From Methanopyrus kandleri AV19 (GTDB taxonomy: Archaea > JAADCQ01 > Methanopyri > Methanopyrales > Methanopyraceae), in assembly GCF_000007185.1 (NCBI RefSeq), contig NC_003551.1:240001-272000 (forward strand): a stretch of DNA of 32,000 bases, read 5' to 3'. Below the pieces are notes generated by a model. The model ran no database searches and was not told the DNA's origin. It saw only the letters and a program-made list of their open reading frames with translations. Below are positions 1 through 8,341 of the stretch, one piece after another; position 1 is the stretch's first letter, and each line of letters opens with the position of its first letter. Made by a program: the position numbers and the translations under genes.

Positions 1-974
1 TTCAGCCTGATTTCCTCCGGCTCCTGGTCGAAGTCTATCGCCGGCGGGTCCTGTGGGCACGCCTCCTCGCACAGGCCGCACTGGATGCAGTGCTCCATGT
101 CGATCGTGTACACCAACGGCATCGCCTGCGGGAACGGCACGTAGATCGCCTTCCTGGTGCCGATTCCCAGATCGAACTCGTTGGGCACCTCGATCGGACA
201 GACCTCGGCGCAGACTCCGCAGCCCGTGCACGCGTCCTCGTCCACGTACCGCGGCTTCTTCTCGATCGTTACCTCGAAGTTACCGATGTAGCCGTCCACG
301 TCCTTGACCTCGGCGTAAGTGATCATCTCGATGTTCGGGTGGTTACCCACCTGCACCATCTTCGGAGCCAGGATTCACATGGCGCAGTCGTCGGTCGGGA
401 ACGTCTTCGCCAGCCGTGCCATGTTGCCTCCGATCGTCGGCTCCTTCTCCACCAGGTACACCTTGAAGCCCTGATCCGCGAGGTCCAGGGCCGCCTGGAT
501 CCCGGCGATACCACCACCGATGATGAGAACGCTGTTCTCGACCTCCACCTCCTTCGTCGGCACGTCCTCGAGCCGCTTAGCACGCTCCACTGCCGCCCGA
601 ATTAGGTCCTTGGCCTTCTCCGTGGCCTTCTCCGGCTCCTGCATGTGCACGAACGAGCAGTGCTCTCGGATGTTTACCATCTCCATGTAGTATGGCGACA
701 ATCCGGCCTCCTTGACGCAGTTCCTGAACGTGTTCTCGTGGATCTTCGGCGTACAAGCTGCCACGACTACTCGGTCGAGGTCGTGTTCCTTGATGGCTTC
801 CTGGATGATCTCCTGACCCGGATCGGCGCAGAAGAACGGGTAATCCGTCGCGTACACGACGCCGGGCAGTTTCTTGGCGTACTCAACGACCTCTTCGACG
901 TCGACGGACGCCTTGATGTTCACACCGCAGTGGCACACGAACACGCCTATCCTGACGTCGTCCTTGTCGCCCAC
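1..974 (-). CDS. hdrA: Heterodisulfide reductase subunit A, selenocysteine-type isoform (N-terminal ~323 codons; gene continues past the left window edge). In-frame TGA at 375..377 read as Sec
   Basis: GTG start 972..974 preceded by GGGGGTGAG. N-terminus has VCHCGVNI and the FAD motif [16 protein letters not shown]. After the TGA the same frame stays open to base 3 and encodes [48 protein letters not shown], colinear with the paralog at 13054..15024. Confidence 0.9.
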
Positions 975-1027
975 TGGTTCTCACCCCCTATGCCGTTGTG
1001 GCCACGCCCGGTCACACGATGTCCGAG

Positions 1028-1035
1028 TTATAAGC
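1028..1035 (-). promoter_or_regulatory. TATA-box-like element upstream of Sec-type hdrA
   Basis: TTATAAGC about 55 nt upstream of the GTG start, with a GGGGGTGAG ribosome-binding site between them. Confidence 0.3.
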
Positions 1036-1088
1036 GTTGGGATATTGGAGGCGGAAATCGGGGAGATTGGAGGGGAGACACAAGGGCG

Positions 1089-1865
1089 TTAGAGCTGAAG
1101 TCCGGGGAAACACTTCGAGAGTAGCATACAGAAGATATCGGAGGCGTACTTGGTCAGGTTGTTCACCATGTTGTCCAGCTCGCTTTTGGCGCTCTCGTAG
1201 GCGCTCTTCTCGTTGCCACTGGCGCTCTTAAGGGCATTTTCTACACGATCATATAACATTGCTATCGGGCCGAACGATTTGATCGCCTCCTTCAAGTTCA
1301 CCTGAAGCTCCGCCGTCACCGCGCTCAGTAGCTGCATCAACGTCGCGTTCGGGCCGATGAACTGGACCAGCATCAGATGGAACTCGTTCAGCGGCTTCTG
1401 GAAGGATTCCTCGTGTAGTTTCTGGTTCACTACCGCCTTGACCGCTGACAGTACTACGGCGAACACTATGTCCTCGGGTCGTGGCTCATGGTAGGCTTGA
1501 CCGCGGAGGCAATCGATCACCGCAGCCACACCATTGCTCAACGCGTCACACAGCGACTGCGTCAAGCCGCTGGCCAAGCTGTAGTACTCGGGTGGTATCG
1601 TCGTAGTGACGTTGGCGGATCCCGTCGTGGAGGTTGACTTTGTTTCATCCGTTCCGATCGTGAGCGGTACACCGACGACGCTGACACCCACATCTGAGCC
1701 TGCATCTGCGCCTGCAGACGGCTTGACGGTCGCTGTAGGCGCCGTTTCAGTGGTCGCCGACGTCTGGAGTTCCGCCGCTGAGGCTATCGGGATCACTACC
1801 ATCGCTACTAGGAGGGTCGCGATGGCGCTAGCACGCATACGATCATCCCTGAGCGTAACAGGCAC
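1089..1865 (-). CDS. Hypothetical secreted protein: signal peptide, Thr/Ser-rich linker, alpha-helical C-terminal domain
   Basis: 258-aa [24 protein letters not shown] looks like a signal peptide (the true start may be that internal Met at about 1838), followed by a T/S/A-rich low-complexity stretch. No family recognised. Confidence 0.6.
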
Positions 1866-1872
1866 GTTACCG

Positions 1873-1880
1873 TTTTAAAA
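1873..1880. promoter_or_regulatory. Palindromic TATA-like box (TTTTAAAA) in the 48-nt divergent intergenic region
   Basis: Only AT-rich element between the secreted-protein gene (-) and rpl10e (+). It lies about 35 nt upstream of the rpl10e ATG. Confidence 0.35.
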
Positions 1881-1913
1881 TCTCTACGAAGCGGGTGGCG
1901 GGGGTGGGTAGCG

Positions 1914-2435
1914 ATGGTGAACCGTCCGGCCCGGATCTACCGGGAGTGGAAGGGTCCGGCGTACACGCGAAGGGAATACATCAAGGGAGTCCCGGACCCA
2001 AAAATCCAGCAGTTCGACATGGGGAATCCGGCGGGTGACTTCGACGTAGAGGTATCACTGGTGGCCAGGGAACGCGCCCAGGTCACGCACAACGCGCTCG
2101 AGGCGGCCCGTGTCGCCGCGAACCGTTACCTGACCAAGACCGTGGGTAGGCAGAACTACCACCTGAAGATCCGAGTGTACCCCCACCACGTTCTGCGCGA
2201 GAACCCACTGGCCACGGGAGCCGGAGCGGACCGAGTTCAGGAGGGAATGCGACTGGCCTTCGGGAAGCCGATCGGTACGGCGGCCAGGGTGCGTGAGGGT
2301 CAGCGCGTGGTTACGGTCCGGATCGACCCGGAGAACTTCGAGCACGCCAAGGAGGCCCTGCGCCGCGCGGGCATGAAGTTCCCGTTCCCGTTCACCATAG
2401 TGGTCGACAAGGGTGAAGAACTGGTTCAGGACTGA
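1914..2435 (+). CDS. rpl10e: 50S ribosomal protein L10e (uL16)
   Basis: 173 aa. [37 protein letters not shown] is the typical archaeal L10e N-terminus. Confidence 0.95.
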
Positions 2436-2468
2436 TGCGATACCGATCCGTGCTGAGGGGGGCCCACC

Positions 2469-4781
2469 GTGAAGTACGTCCGGTGGTTCGAGGAGATATC
2501 GAAGGATGACGTCGACGTCGCCGGAGGCAAGGGCGCGAACCTGGGCGAGATGACGCAGGCGGGACTACCAGTCCCGCCCGGCTTCGTGGTCCTGTCCACA
2601 GCCTACGATGAGTTCCTCGAGCGCACTGGCCTGAAGGAGAAGATAAAGGAAATACTTTCCTCCCACGACCTGTCCGACAACGACGAGCTTCAGGAGGCCG
2701 CGGAGGAGATTCAGCGGCTGATCGTTGAGGTCGAAATGCCGGAGGAGATCCGTGAGGAGATCGTGAAAGCCTACCGGGAGCTCTGCGAGAAGGTCGGTAA
2801 GGAAGAGGAGTTCGTAGCTGTCCGCTCGTCGGCGACCGCCGAAGACTTACCGGAAGCTTCCTTCGCGGGCCAGCAGGAGACGTTCCTGAACGTCCAAGGT
2901 GAGGAGGACGTCGTGAAGTACGTGCAGAAGTGTTGGGCGTCCCTATTCACCCCTCGGGCCGTGGCTTACCGGGAGGAGCAAGGGTTCGAGCATCTGGACG
3001 TTTCGATCGCCGTCGTCGTCCAGAAGATGGTAGATTCGGAGAAGTCAGGAGTAATGTTCACGGTCCACCCCTACACCGGCGAGCGGGACAAGATGGTGAT
3101 CGAAGCCGTGTGGGGTCTCGGCGAGGCCGTAGTCAGTGGGGAAGTCACTCCCGACACCTACATCGTCGACAAGAACACGTTCGAGGTCATCGAGGAGCAG
3201 ATATCCGAGCAGGAGTGGATGTACACGAAGGACCCGGAAACAGGGGAGACGGTCAAGGCCGAGGTGCCTGAGGATAAACGCGACGCTAGGAAGCTGACGG
3301 ACGAAGAGATCAAGGAACTGGCGGAGATCGGAGTAGCCGTGGAGGAGCACTACGGGTTCCCGCAGGATATCGAGTGGGCCATCGAGGACGACGAAGTATA
3401 CGTGCTGCAGTCGCGTCCGGTCACCACAATACCAGAGGAGAAGGGCGGAGAGGAAGAGATAGAGGCGGAAGAGTTGGAGGGCAAGATCCTCGTCCGCGGC
3501 CTAGGGGCCAGCCCGGGGATCGGTACGGGCGAAGTCAAGATCGTGATGGACGTGGACGAGATCGACAAGGTGGAGGAAGGGGACGTCCTGGTCACCAAGA
3601 TGACCACACCGGACATGGTCCCGGCGATGCGGAAGGCGTCGGCCATAGTCACCGACGAAGGCGGAATCACATGCCACGCCGCGATCGTGTCGCGAGAGCT
3701 GGGAATCCCGTGTGTGGTCGGTACGGGCAACGCCACGGAGGTCCTCGAGGAGGGGCAGGTGGTAACGGTCGACGGAGAGCGTGGAGTCGTGTACGAGGGT
3801 GACGTGCGCAAGGCCCTCCGTGCCGAGGAGGAAGAGGAGGAGCGGGAAGAGAAGGAGATCGTGGTGGAGCGCCCGGCCGCTGAGCCAGTGACCGCTACGG
3901 AGATCAAGGTTAACGTCAGCATGCCCGAAGCCGCGGAGCGTGCCGCTAAGACGGGAGCCGACGGTGTCGGATTGCTCCGTATCGAACACATGATCCTGGG
4001 CGTGGGAGTACATCCCCGCAAGCTCATCGAGGAGGGTGAGCGCGAGAAACTCGTGCAAGTGTTGATGGACGGGATCCGCAAGGTCGCGGACGCCTTCTAC
4101 CCGAAGCCCGTATGGGTCAGAACCCTGGACGCTCCGACCGACGAGTTCCGCGAGCTCGAAGGTGGTGAGCGGGAGCCCGAAGAAACCAACCCGATGCTCG
4201 GTTGGAGAGGTATTCGTCGCGATCTCGAGGAGCGGGAGACTCTCGAGTGTCAGTTCGAGGCTATCCGCCGCCTCCACCAGGAGGGTTACGATAACATCGG
4301 CGTGATGATTCCGTTGGTACAGCACCCCGAAGAACTGCGCCGCGCTAAGCGGATCGCCAAGGAAGTAGGGCTCAAACCGCATCGTCAGGTCGAGTTCGGA
4401 ATGATGGTGGAAACACCTGCCGCCGCGGTACTAATCGACGAATTCATCGAAGTAGGCCTCGACTTCGTGAGCCTCGGTACCAACGACCTCACCCAGTACA
4501 CGTTGGCGGTCGACAGGAACAACGACAAGGTGGCATACCTCTACGACGAGAAGCACCCGGCAGTACTCCGGCTGATCAAACACGTCATCAACGAGTGCAA
4601 GGAGGCTGGAGTGAAGACGAGCATCTGCGGTCAGGCGGGTAGCGACCCGAAGATGGCCGAGATACTAGTGAAAGCGGGCATCGACAGCATCTCGGCGAAC
4701 ATCGACGCGGTGCCCCAGATCCGGCGGATCGTAGCCCGGGTAGAGCGGAAGATACTGCTGGATAAGATGAGGGAGTTCTAA
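2469..4781 (+). CDS. ppsA: Phosphoenolpyruvate synthase (pyruvate, water dikinase)
   Basis: 770 aa, GTG start. Has the ATP-grasp N-terminus (VGGKGANLGEM), phospho-His swivel domain (TDEGGITCHAAIVSRELGIPCVVG) and PEP-utilising C-terminal TIM domain (GTNDLTQYTLAVDR). Confidence 0.95.
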   Translation: MKYVRWFEEISKDDVDVAGGKGANLGEMTQAGLPVPPGFVVLSTAYDEFLERTGLKEKIKEILSSHDLSDNDELQEAAEEIQRLIVEVEMPEEIREEIVKAYRELCEKVGKEEEFVAVRSSATAEDLPEASFAGQQETFLNVQGEEDVVKYVQKCWASLFTPRAVAYREEQGFEHLDVSIAVVVQKMVDSEKSGVMFTVHPYTGERDKMVIEAVWGLGEAVVSGEVTPDTYIVDKNTFEVIEEQISEQEWMYTKDPETGETVKAEVPEDKRDARKLTDEEIKELAEIGVAVEEHYGFPQDIEWAIEDDEVYVLQSRPVTTIPEEKGGEEEIEAEELEGKILVRGLGASPGIGTGEVKIVMDVDEIDKVEEGDVLVTKMTTPDMVPAMRKASAIVTDEGGITCHAAIVSRELGIPCVVGTGNATEVLEEGQVVTVDGERGVVYEGDVRKALRAEEEEEEREEKEIVVERPAAEPVTATEIKVNVSMPEAAERAAKTGADGVGLLRIEHMILGVGVHPRKLIEEGEREKLVQVLMDGIRKVADAFYPKPVWVRTLDAPTDEFRELEGGEREPEETNPMLGWRGIRRDLEERETLECQFEAIRRLHQEGYDNIGVMIPLVQHPEELRRAKRIAKEVGLKPHRQVEFGMMVETPAAAVLIDEFIEVGLDFVSLGTNDLTQYTLAVDRNNDKVAYLYDEKHPAVLRLIKHVINECKEAGVKTSICGQAGSDPKMAEILVKAGIDSISANIDAVPQIRRIVARVERKILLDKMREF

Positions 4782-4786
4782 CGCCC

Positions 4787-5512
4787 GTGTCCCTCCTGAA
4801 ACATCTTTCCGAGCTGGGATTGTCCGAACGAGAGGCGCGGGTGTACCTGTACCTGGTCCGCGCCGGTGAGGCCAACGCACGGGAGGTGAGCGAGGGAGTC
4901 GAGATCCCGTACTCGAAGGTTTACTCCGTCCTACGATCGCTGGAAGACAAGGGATGGGTGGAAGCCGACCGGAGCGCCAGACCTACCACCTACCGACCGG
5001 TATCCCCGGACGTCGCGGTGAAGCGAGCCCTGGAGCAAGAGCTGAACAGGATCCGACGTGAGCTGGAGGAACACGCCAAGGTCGCCGTGAGGAAACTTTC
5101 CGAGATATACAGAGCGGAACGCGAGACCGTGGCCCGCACGTATCACGGTAAGTCCGCCAGGGAAACGCTCGCAGAAGTGCTAAGATCGTCGGAAGACATA
5201 GCCTGCATCGTCCACTTAGGCCGCAATCTGCCACGCTGGCTCCTGGAGTCGCTTCGGCGGATGGAAGGTTTGATGATCCTTAGGGCTAAGGAAGGGTCCG
5301 AGGTCGCCGACGAACTGGAACCCGATGTGAAGGCACCCATCGATATCGAACCCCGAAACACCTTAATAGTGCTCTCAGCGGACCGCCGCGAGTTTTTCTT
5401 GGGTAAGTTCGGTGAGGGCGACTACCTGCTCTCACTCGAGGAGCCGATACTGGCCCAAGGGATTCACGATGCGGTCACGAGAGCGTGTAAATCGCGCTCA
5501 CGGCACGCTTGA
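4787..5512 (+). CDS. TrmB-family transcriptional regulator
   Basis: 241 aa. N-terminal wHTH LGLSEREARVYLYLVRAGEANAREVSEGVEIPYSKVYSVLRSLEDKGWV is typical of TrmB. GTG start lies 5 nt after the ppsA stop. Confidence 0.8.
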   Translation: MSLLKHLSELGLSEREARVYLYLVRAGEANAREVSEGVEIPYSKVYSVLRSLEDKGWVEADRSARPTTYRPVSPDVAVKRALEQELNRIRRELEEHAKVAVRKLSEIYRAERETVARTYHGKSARETLAEVLRSSEDIACIVHLGRNLPRWLLESLRRMEGLMILRAKEGSEVADELEPDVKAPIDIEPRNTLIVLSADRREFFLGKFGEGDYLLSLEEPILAQGIHDAVTRACKSRSRHA

Positions 5513-5990
5513 GTACCGGGTCAGGTAAGACCCTAAAGCCTAGGAAGGACAGCACCGACTCCAACTTGTCCGAAGTCCACACGCACCAGTCCAGCGGAGT
5601 CCTGGGCGGCGGACCGTACGGGAACATATGACGCCTGACAGCCCGAACAACGGCGGGGTCGACGTTCACCTCTTCCAGGAGCTCGCTCCCGGTTCTCCAG
5701 TGACAGATACCACAGTGGCCGCCCGGGTCGAGCTTACAGAGTGGGCATCTCGGAATTCCGTAACCGATGTCGTGCAGTAACCCCGATTCGAGGGCGATTT
5801 TGCCGTCGACTCTGAACTTCCCCGACAGTCGCCAGCACAGGTAAGCCACCTTCAACGAGTGCTCGAGCCTCGTATCACCACGGTGTCCGCGGATGTCGTG
5901 CAGGCGACATAGTCGCCGAAGGACGCGTTCGGGGAGATCGGAAACCACCTCCTCCAGGACACGTAGAAAGCGCAAATGTTTCGACTCCAA
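5475..5990 (-). CDS. HD-domain phosphohydrolase-like protein with an inserted CxxC..CxxC knuckle
   Basis: 171 aa. HSLKVAYL..GLLHDIGY are H..HD motifs, with an inserted CPLCKLDPGGHCGIC. The 3' end overlaps the convergent trmB-like gene by 38 nt. Confidence 0.65.
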   Translation of the reverse strand: MESKHLRFLRVLEEVVSDLPERVLRRLCRLHDIRGHRGDTRLEHSLKVAYLCWRLSGKFRVDGKIALESGLLHDIGYGIPRCPLCKLDPGGHCGICHWRTGSELLEEVNVDPAVVRAVRRHMFPYGPPPRTPLDWCVWTSDKLESVLSFLGFRVLPDPVLKRAVSAIYTLS

Positions 5991-6011
5991 TAACGTTTCC
6001 CCACGGGGCGC

Positions 6012-6296
6012 TCAGAGGGTGCGACTGGCACTCACCACCTCGACCTGATTGACCTCGTCGACCTCCTTGAGAGCGTCCTCGAGCGCGTCGGTACCTCCCT
6101 CGGCGTCCGGCACTACCACCTTCACTCTGATCGCCTTCAGCCCGAAGGCGATAGGTTCTTCCTCCATGCCTTCGATGTCCACGACGTCCATGGACTCGAG
6201 CTTCTCGCGGATGGCCTCCTTGAGTTCCTCGTAGTCCACATCGGCACTCTCCGGGAGGACTTTCAGGTCCACGAGTACTTTCGACACCACTATCAC
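6012..6296 (-). CDS. ef1b: Translation elongation factor aEF-1 beta
   Basis: 94 aa. [42 protein letters not shown] is typical of aEF-1beta. Confidence 0.9.
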
Positions 6297-6300
6297 CCCC

Positions 6301-6615
6301 TTAAGGACCTATGAAGCCGCAGTTGGGACACTGGTACCGGTTGCCCAACCTCCTACACTTCTGGCATCGGGTGATCACGACCTCACCGCACTTCGGGCAC
6401 GGATGGGAAACCGCACGCTCGCCGGGAGCGATCGGTCCACCGCACGCGGAACATACGGCGTAGTCGGCACGCTCTATACGACCGGCTTCGGTCATCTCGA
6501 CTTCCTCTGCGGCCTCCTCGATGAGTTCTTCCCGCGTCTTACCCCCTGTTTCCTTCAGCTCTTCTGAAGAAGCCCTCTCCACGCCGACTTCCCGCTCCTC
6601 GTTCTCCTCCGCCAA
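6301..6615 (-). CDS. Double zinc-ribbon protein (COG2888-like) with an acidic N-terminal extension
   Basis: C-terminal CSACGG..CPKCGE..CQKCR..CPNCG gives four CxxC pairs. It sits immediately upstream of aEF-1beta, a conserved archaeal gene pair; its stop is 4 nt before the ef1b GTG. Confidence 0.75.
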
Positions 6616-6665
6616 TCGGTACCCCCTAAAGAGCGGCCCGAAAAGGATGCTATATCAGTGGCGGG

Positions 6666-6908
6666 CTAGCCCTTCTTCTTGATGTAGATCACGAAGTGGT
6701 CCTCTCCCTCCTCCACGTCCAGGACCTCGTGCCCGTTCTCCTCGGCGAACCTCCGGATGTTGTCCTTCGCGGGAGGGTAATCGCCGACGACCTTCAGGAC
6801 CTCCCCTTCGCTCATCTCCTCCAGCTTCTTCCTAGTTTCGAGCACGGGCATGGGACAGATCTTACCCCGAACGTCCAGCTCTTCGTCGTACTCGACCATC
6901 CAGGTCAC
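6666..6908 (-). CDS. TusA/SirA/YedF-family sulfur (selenium) carrier protein
   Basis: 80 aa. LDVRGKICPMPVLETRKKLEEMSEGEVLKVV carries the CPxP active-site motif of the TusA fold. Confidence 0.85.
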   Translation of the reverse strand: MTWMVEYDEELDVRGKICPMPVLETRKKLEEMSEGEVLKVVGDYPPAKDNIRRFAEENGHEVLDVEEGEDHFVIYIKKKG

Positions 6909-7038
6909 CCCCGACTCAACCCATGCGATAGGTATTCGGATTTGTTCCCTACAATTCTCAATGGGTATAAGGTCAGTTAATGGTCATATTTAACCACGAA
7001 CTCCATTAGTGTAATGCAGGAATTCGATTTAATAATAA

Positions 7039-8334
7039 GTGAGAAAGTGTCGAGCCGAGGGGATCTTGTTGGATATCAGAGAGATTTGGAAAGAGCTCGG
7101 AATCGACCTAGAGCGGCATGATGAGTTGCTCGAAGCCCTGCCGGAGGTGTACGAAGAGATCTTCCTGAGTCAGGAAAACCGTCCCGAGCGTATGTCCTAC
7201 TTCGACGAGGTAGTCGCCGATATCCACGGCGCACGAGTCCGGGAGCTGTACGAGATGAGACAGGAGGGTAAACCGATCCTAGGGACGTTCTGCGTCTACG
7301 TGCCGGAGGAGATCGTCCTCGCCGCGGGCGGTGTTTGCGTAGGGTTATGTGGCGGAGCGGAGTTCCCGATCCCGGACGCCGAAAAGTACCTCCCACGCGA
7401 CCTGTGCCCGTTGATCAAATCGTCCTTCGGCTTCCTGGTATCCAGACTGTGCCCTTACTGCCAAGTCGCGACGGTAATCGTCGGCGAGAACACTTGCGAC
7501 GGCAAGAAGAAGATGTACGAGATAATGTCAGAACACAAGGATGTCTACGTGATGGAAATGCCGCAGGTGAAAGATGAAGAGGGTCTCGAGTACTGGCACG
7601 AGCAACTGATTAAATTCAAGGAGTTCGTAGAGGAACTATCCGGGAACGAAATCACCTATGAGTCATTATTAGATGCTATAGAACGTGTGAACGCCAAGCG
7701 GGAAGCCTTTAGAAAGTTATACGAGCTCAGGAAGCACGACCCAGCACCTATAAGCGGACGTGACGCGAACTTGATAGCCCAGATAGCGTTCTACGATGAT
7801 GTAGATAGATTCACAGAGAAGGTAAACGAACTCAACGAAGAGCTCGAAAAACGGGTGGAAGAAGGCGAAGGTGTCGCCGAGGAAGCACCGAGAATTCTCG
7901 TAGCCGGCACGCCGATGCCGATTCCACACTGGAAGCTGCTTTACGTCGTGGAGTCCTGCGGCGCGGTGGTAGTTTGTGAGGAGTCGTGCACGGGCACCAG
8001 GTACTTTGAACGGGAGGTCAGCACAGAAGGAGACGACGTTGAAGATCTTATTAAGAATATTGCGGAGGCATACATGGAAACGAAATGTGCTATCTTCACA
8101 CCGAACGATGAAAGAGTTAAAGATATTATTAAGAAATACAAAGAGTGGAACTGTGATGGGGTGATTTTGTATAACCTTAAATTCTGTCAACCGTACGCTG
8201 TGGAACACTCAAAGATCGAAAGTAGGCTGAGAGAAGAAGGAATCCCTGCACTAAAACTTGAATCCGACTACAGCGAGGAGGACGTGGAACAACTGAAAAC
8301 TAGGATCGAGACGTTCTTGGAGTCGATCGCCTAG
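7039..8334 (+). CDS. 2-hydroxyacyl-CoA dehydratase / benzoyl-CoA reductase D-component family protein (possibly double-cubane-cluster type)
   Basis: 431 aa, Cys-rich (LCPLIKSS, CPYCQ..ENTCDGKKKMYE, CEESCTGTRYF, KFCQPY), typical of the HgdB/BcrC-like family. The true start may be an internal TTG a few codons in. Confidence 0.75.
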   Translation: MRKCRAEGILLDIREIWKELGIDLERHDELLEALPEVYEEIFLSQENRPERMSYFDEVVADIHGARVRELYEMRQEGKPILGTFCVYVPEEIVLAAGGVCVGLCGGAEFPIPDAEKYLPRDLCPLIKSSFGFLVSRLCPYCQVATVIVGENTCDGKKKMYEIMSEHKDVYVMEMPQVKDEEGLEYWHEQLIKFKEFVEELSGNEITYESLLDAIERVNAKREAFRKLYELRKHDPAPISGRDANLIAQIAFYDDVDRFTEKVNELNEELEKRVEEGEGVAEEAPRILVAGTPMPIPHWKLLYVVESCGAVVVCEESCTGTRYFEREVSTEGDDVEDLIKNIAEAYMETKCAIFTPNDERVKDIIKKYKEWNCDGVILYNLKFCQPYAVEHSKIESRLREEGIPALKLESDYSEEDVEQLKTRIETFLESIA

Positions 8335-8341
8335 GGCCCGC

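Noticed and set aside
375-377. TGA interrupting hdrA interpreted as a pseudogene or frameshift
   Set aside because: The downstream frame stays open for 124 codons with fully HdrA-like sequence. The TGA aligns exactly with a conserved Cys of the paralog. HdrA is a known selenoprotein family in this kind of organism.
90-605. 171-aa plus-strand ORF (and similar ORFs 53..307, 645..1124, 14143..14709, 14854..15054) antisense to hdrA genes
   Set aside because: These are shadow ORFs typical of GC-rich DNA, with Arg/His/Leu/Asp-rich nonsense composition. They lie fully inside well-supported hdrA coding sequence on the other strand.
3350-4382. Long minus-strand ORFs (3350..4081, 3501..4382) and plus-strand off-frame ORFs inside ppsA
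   Set aside because: They are Ser/Pro/Arg/Thr-rich low-complexity translations embedded in the strongly supported ppsA frame.
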